Assembly (NCBI GenBank): GCA_031409655.1
Contig: JANNXQ010000187.1
Coordinates: 32,001-96,000 of the forward strand
Length of the DNA: 64,000 nt
Direction: 5' to 3'
From: Chthoniobacteraceae bacterium
GTDB lineage: Bacteria > Verrucomicrobiota > Verrucomicrobiia > Chthoniobacterales > Chthoniobacteraceae
The notes beneath the pieces are model-generated. The model was given only the letters and a program-made list of their open reading frames with translations, was not told where the DNA came from and did not search any database. The position numbers were made by a program, and so were the translations under genes. Of the stretch, positions 60,385-64,000 are shown piece after piece (the stretch's first letter is position 1; every line of letters begins with the position of its first letter).

Positions 60385-60915
60385 ATGCGCCGCCCCCTCC
60401 TCCTCGCCCTGCTCCTGCTTGCCGGTTGCTCGACCTTCCGGCAGGGCGCGCGGAAAGGTGAACTAGTCCTCACCAAAGGAAAATCCACGATCTATTTTGC
60501 CGTGCCACCGGAGTGGGTCGCGGATCAGCAAGCCGGGGAGTTTGGTTTTCACAGCCTCAAGCCCGAGGGCGAGTGGCAGCCCGCGACGATCTCAGTCGCC
60601 TTCACTCAGAAAACTTTCACCCGCAATCCAAAGAATGACGATGCCGCTGAGCAACTCGCGCTCAGCAAACAGTACCTCAAGTACTGGCTCACCCACGATT
60701 TCCCCGAGACCCGGCTGGCGAGCGACAGCACCCACGCGACTCCCAGCGGCCGCAAGTTCCTGCTCTTCCGCGAATCCTCCAACGGCCTGCACCTCGTGGC
60801 CCTCGCGCCGGAGAAGGACTGCGTGGTCGAGATCGGCCTGCACGGCAGCACGCGTGACCTTGATCGCTACCGCGCCGCGCTGCTCGCGGTGCTGGATTCC
60901 TACCGGGTCCGTTAG
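60385..60915 (+). CDS. Hypothetical lipoprotein
   Basis: MRRPLLLALLLLAGC lipobox. Confidence 0.75.
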   Translation: MRRPLLLALLLLAGCSTFRQGARKGELVLTKGKSTIYFAVPPEWVADQQAGEFGFHSLKPEGEWQPATISVAFTQKTFTRNPKNDDAAEQLALSKQYLKYWLTHDFPETRLASDSTHATPSGRKFLLFRESSNGLHLVALAPEKDCVVEIGLHGSTRDLDRYRAALLAVLDSYRVR

Positions 60916-61949
60916 ATCAGCCCCGTCGTTTCGTCCTGCCCGCTCATGATGTTGAGCGATTGCACGGCCTGCCCCGCTGCACCTTTCGTCAGATTATCCT
61001 GCGCGCTCAGCAGCACGAAACGCCCCGTCCGCGGGTCATGCCGCCAGGCGATATCCACGAAGTTCGTCTGCACCACGTTCTTCGTATCGGGCAGCGCCCC
61101 TTCGCTCAGCAGCCGCACGAAAGGCTCGCGCCCGTAAGCTTCCTCGAGCGCATTCGCGATGTGCCACGGCTCGATGCCATCCGCGGGCGCGCAAAAGATC
61201 GTCGAGTGAATGCCGCGATTCACCGGCACGAGGTGTGGCGCGAAGTCGATCGTCACCTTCTCCCCCGCCGCCAGCGACAGCTCCTGCTCGATCTCCGCGA
61301 GATGCCGATGCTTCGGGATGCCGTAGGCGCGCAGGCTCTCGTTACATTCCGGGAAAAGGTAGTCCACCTTGGCATTGCGGCCCGCGCCACTCACCCCGCT
61401 CATCGAGCTGACCACGATGCTCTGCGGCTTCAGCAGCCCCCGCTGGAGGAGCGGATAAAGTGGGAGAATGATGCTCGTCGGGTAACATCCCGGCGAGGCC
61501 ACGAGTGGCGCGCCCTTGATCTTCTCCCGATAAATCTCCGGCAAGCCATACACACTCAGCGCCGCGAGTTCCGGCGCGTGATGCACCTCACCGTAAAATT
61601 CGTGATAGACCCCCACGTCCTTGATCCGAAAATCCGCACTCAGATCAATGACCCGCAGCCCCGCGGCCACCAAGGGCTTCGCATATTCCGTGGCCACTCC
61701 ATGCGGCAGCGCGAGGAAGATAAACTGCGCGCCCGTCTCGCGGATGCGCGAAATGTCCGACTCGATGAAAGGCAGCCCCGCGTAACGGGTCCCGGCAAAT
61801 TTCGGAAAGACCTGCGCGACCGTCTGCCCCGCGAGTTGCCGGGAAGTCAGCGCGACCAGCTCCACGCCCGGATGGCGGATGAGCAGCCGCACGAGCTCCT
61901 CCCCCGAGTATCCGCTGGCTCCGACGACCACTGCTTTGCATGGATCCAT
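60912..61949 (-). CDS. argC: N-acetyl-gamma-glutamyl-phosphate reductase
   Basis: VGASGYSG, ALPHG, IDLSADFR, PGCYPTS, SGVSGAGR, DNLTKGAAGQAVQ. Confidence 0.97.
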   Translation of the reverse strand: MDPCKAVVVGASGYSGEELVRLLIRHPGVELVALTSRQLAGQTVAQVFPKFAGTRYAGLPFIESDISRIRETGAQFIFLALPHGVATEYAKPLVAAGLRVIDLSADFRIKDVGVYHEFYGEVHHAPELAALSVYGLPEIYREKIKGAPLVASPGCYPTSIILPLYPLLQRGLLKPQSIVVSSMSGVSGAGRNAKVDYLFPECNESLRAYGIPKHRHLAEIEQELSLAAGEKVTIDFAPHLVPVNRGIHSTIFCAPADGIEPWHIANALEEAYGREPFVRLLSEGALPDTKNVVQTNFVDIAWRHDPRTGRFVLLSAQDNLTKGAAGQAVQSLNIMSGQDETTGLI

Positions 61950-61951
61950 GA

Positions 61952-62095
61952 TTTGGCGTTTGAAGTTTGGCGTTTGAAGTTTGGCGTTAAGGCAGGTGCC
62001 CGGAGCCCCAAGCCAGCACCGCGCAAGATGAACGTCTTTCCGCCCCGTCCAGTTCAACGCCAAACTTCAAACTTCAAACGCCAAACACCAAACGC
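61952..62095. repeat. Inverted heptamer array pair, copy C
   Basis: Arms at 61952-61988 and 62056-62095, directly abutting the argC start. Confidence 0.85.
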
Positions 62096-62166
62096 GGAGA
62101 AGCCCGCCGCCAAAAATCCGCTTCCCTTCCGTCCGCACCGCCCTAGATTCCGCCTCTCCGAAAACT

Positions 62167-62240
62167 CGGGCTGTAGTTCAGCTTGGTAGAACGCTTGAAT
62201 GGGGTTCAAGAGGTCGTGGGTTCGAATCCCGCCAGCCCGA
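62167..62240 (+). tRNA. tRNA-Pro (GGG)
   Basis: Acceptor stem CGGGCTG/CAGCCCG; anticodon arm CTTGA-ATGGGGT-TCAAG; T-loop GTTCGAATC; CCA not encoded. Confidence 0.96.
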
Positions 62241-62312
62241 CTCTCCGGGAGAGCTGATAGAATCAGCTTTCCGGGTCGATAAGGTAAAGCTCGAATTGGA
62301 CCCGAAAAAAGT

Positions 62313-62337
62313 GGTGGTAGCCCCCGGTGGTAGCCCC
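62313..62337. repeat. 12-bp direct repeat GGTGGTAGCCCC x2 (candidate integrase arm-binding sites)
   Basis: Copies at 62313-62324 and 62326-62337, between the tRNA and the integrase. Confidence 0.6.
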
Positions 62338-62352
62338 TATACTCTGGGCACG

Positions 62353-63522
62353 ATGAAAACGAAGTCTGACGGGAAGAACCGGGGAACATTCGCGTTGCTC
62401 GAAACGGTGGCTCCCAATTTGTTCCGCCACCGGGAGAATCAGTCGTATTGGGGAGTCAGGAAAATCGAGGGCCGTCGATTTGTGCATGCTCTCGAAACGG
62501 CGGATCGAAAAACCGCGGACGGGAAATTGGCCGAATGGCTCGGCGATTTGAAAAAAGTGGACCCCGGCAACCGCGATATGACCCTCGCCATGCTTCTCGA
62601 AAAATACGAGGCGGCGAGGACGGACATCGCGGACTCGACACGGGTTGGGGAGAAAGGGCGGATCGCTAAATTTCGCGAGCTGTTTCCGCGTCCGATGAAC
62701 ACTCTCGTGGCCCGCGTGGTGAACTCCGACCTCGCGGTGTGGGTCGGTCTTGTCGGGAAGGGGAAACGGCCCTCAACCCGCAACCAGTTCCGCGCCTTCG
62801 CTCGCGCGCTTTTCGACTTCGCTGTGTCCGACACCGTGATCGCAAAAAATCCCTTCGATCCGAAGATTATCCGAAAGGCGAAGAAGGAGCCGATCATTCG
62901 GCTCATCCCGTCGCCCGACGAGTTTGAGAAGATCATCGCCGAAATTCGCAAGCCGAGTTGGAGGGCTCAAAAAGGCAAGCACGGCGGGCAGCGACCGTTG
63001 ACGCAGGACGACAGTGCGGACTTCGCCGAGTTTCTCGGTCGCGCCGGCATCGGCCAGGCCGAAGCAGTCGGTTTGAATTGGGAAGACATCGATGAGAGGC
63101 GCGATGTCATCCACTACCGGCGGAAGAAAACCGGGCGAGATTTCAGCACTCCCATTTTCCCGTGGCTGAAGCCCCTCCTGAAACGACTGCGTGCCGAAGC
63201 GGGGCCGAATCCGCGCGGCCCGGTCTTCAAGGTGAAGAATGTGAAGAAGGCGCTGCGCGGCGCCACTCAGCGGCTAGGGCTGCCGAACGTCACCCAGCGC
63301 AACTTGCGCGCCATGCGCATCAAGCGGCTTTGGGAGCAAGGCGTGGATGTGAAGGTGATCGCGCAGTGGCAGGGCCATAGCGACGGCGGGAGGCTGATCA
63401 TGGGAACCTACACGGAGGTCTTTGGCAGCAATTCGGAAAGCTACGAACGCGCGCAGCTCGCCAAGGCGGCGGCAGCGGAAGCGGCGATGGCCCGAACCGG
63501 GCGGCTCAAAAAGGCGGCTTGA
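62353..63522 (+). CDS. Tyrosine recombinase/integrase
   Basis: KNPF, L.WEDID, KKTG, QRNLR, QWQGHSDGG..IMGTY; immediately 3' of tRNA-Pro. Confidence 0.9.
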   Translation: MKTKSDGKNRGTFALLETVAPNLFRHRENQSYWGVRKIEGRRFVHALETADRKTADGKLAEWLGDLKKVDPGNRDMTLAMLLEKYEAARTDIADSTRVGEKGRIAKFRELFPRPMNTLVARVVNSDLAVWVGLVGKGKRPSTRNQFRAFARALFDFAVSDTVIAKNPFDPKIIRKAKKEPIIRLIPSPDEFEKIIAEIRKPSWRAQKGKHGGQRPLTQDDSADFAEFLGRAGIGQAEAVGLNWEDIDERRDVIHYRRKKTGRDFSTPIFPWLKPLLKRLRAEAGPNPRGPVFKVKNVKKALRGATQRLGLPNVTQRNLRAMRIKRLWEQGVDVKVIAQWQGHSDGGRLIMGTYTEVFGSNSESYERAQLAKAAAAEAAMARTGRLKKAA

Positions 63523-63530
63523 TCCTCGGC

Positions 63531-63719
63531 TTAACTCGTCCTCGCGAGGAGGGTTTCCACGTCCTCGCCGGGGATGAGCGTCCGCGCCTGGGCCTTGCTT
63601 TTTCGGAGCAGTTTTCGGGCAATGAAATTGCGGATTTGGCGCTCACTGACTTTGAGGTAAGCGGCGGCTTCCTTGGCCGTGTAGGTCGCTTGCTGCGGGA
63701 TGATTCGCTCGTTTTTCAT
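63531..63719 (-). CDS. Excisionase-like HTH protein
   Basis: YTAKEAAAYLKVSERQIRNFI; convergent with the integrase. Confidence 0.85.
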   Translation of the reverse strand: MKNERIIPQQATYTAKEAAAYLKVSERQIRNFIARKLLRKSKAQARTLIPGEDVETLLARTS

Positions 63720-63843
63720 TCGGCGTGTGGATGTCGTTCGTTGCTAAATCTCTCGGGCGCGCGCAGGAGGAACGGGTGGTTGCGCGGCGTGGCGGAAAAG
63801 CAGGAATGCACTGCGCGCCCCGCGCGCGTCGCGGTAATCGCTC

Positions 63844-64000
63844 ATGGCAGGTGTCCCCCTACGTGCGCGACCGCATTTCCAAGGCTGCAAAGACATCCCG
63901 ACGCCTAACCTCGACAAACTCGCTAAGCGCTCGTTGCGTTGCACCAATGGCTACGTCACGCATCCCTTTTGCAGCCCCACGCGTGCGGGCTTGCTCACAG
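63844..64000 (+). pseudogene. 5'-truncated sulfatase (runs off the window)
   Basis: [16 protein letters not shown]...[20 protein letters not shown]; lacks the signal peptide and the upstream DD motif. Confidence 0.75.

Noticed and set aside
62296..64000. Intact prophage
   Set aside because: No structural, replication or repressor genes are visible within the window.

Overview
High-GC bacterial DNA, most likely Verrucomicrobia (PVC group). This rests on the PEP-CTERM proteins, autotransporter-associated beta-strand repeats, PQQ-like propeller protein and multiple Cys-type sulfatases. Housekeeping genes (lepA, fabG, sixA, pgl, a FabZ-like gene, argC, tRNA-Pro) are interspersed with accessory blocks. 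(1) An IS256 element abuts a 21-bp periodic array, a conserved hypothetical gene and gene remnants. (2) A defence islet carries a ParE-type toxin-antitoxin pair and an intact convergent methyltransferase/PD-(D/E)xK nuclease pair sitting inside the remnants of an older restriction-modification system. (3) A 2,561-aa PEP-CTERM adhesin-like gene lies next to a TMTC-like glycosyltransferase and three sulfatases. (4) The best novelty candidate is a minus-strand metal (probably copper) acquisition cluster at about 38.7-47.3 kb: a CxxC/polyproline leader ORF, a beta-propeller/di-haem protein, a CorA/MopE-like W-x-H PEP-CTERM protein, a His-rich beta-barrel, YHS and HMA proteins, and a decayed TonB-dependent receptor. 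(5) Two divergent ~1,900-2,000-aa secreted enzymes share a nested Ig/LamG module. (6) A tRNA-Pro-linked integrase/excisionase has an atypical catalytic motif. At least three families of intergenic inverted repeats recur. All family calls come from motif recognition by eye; no database search was run.
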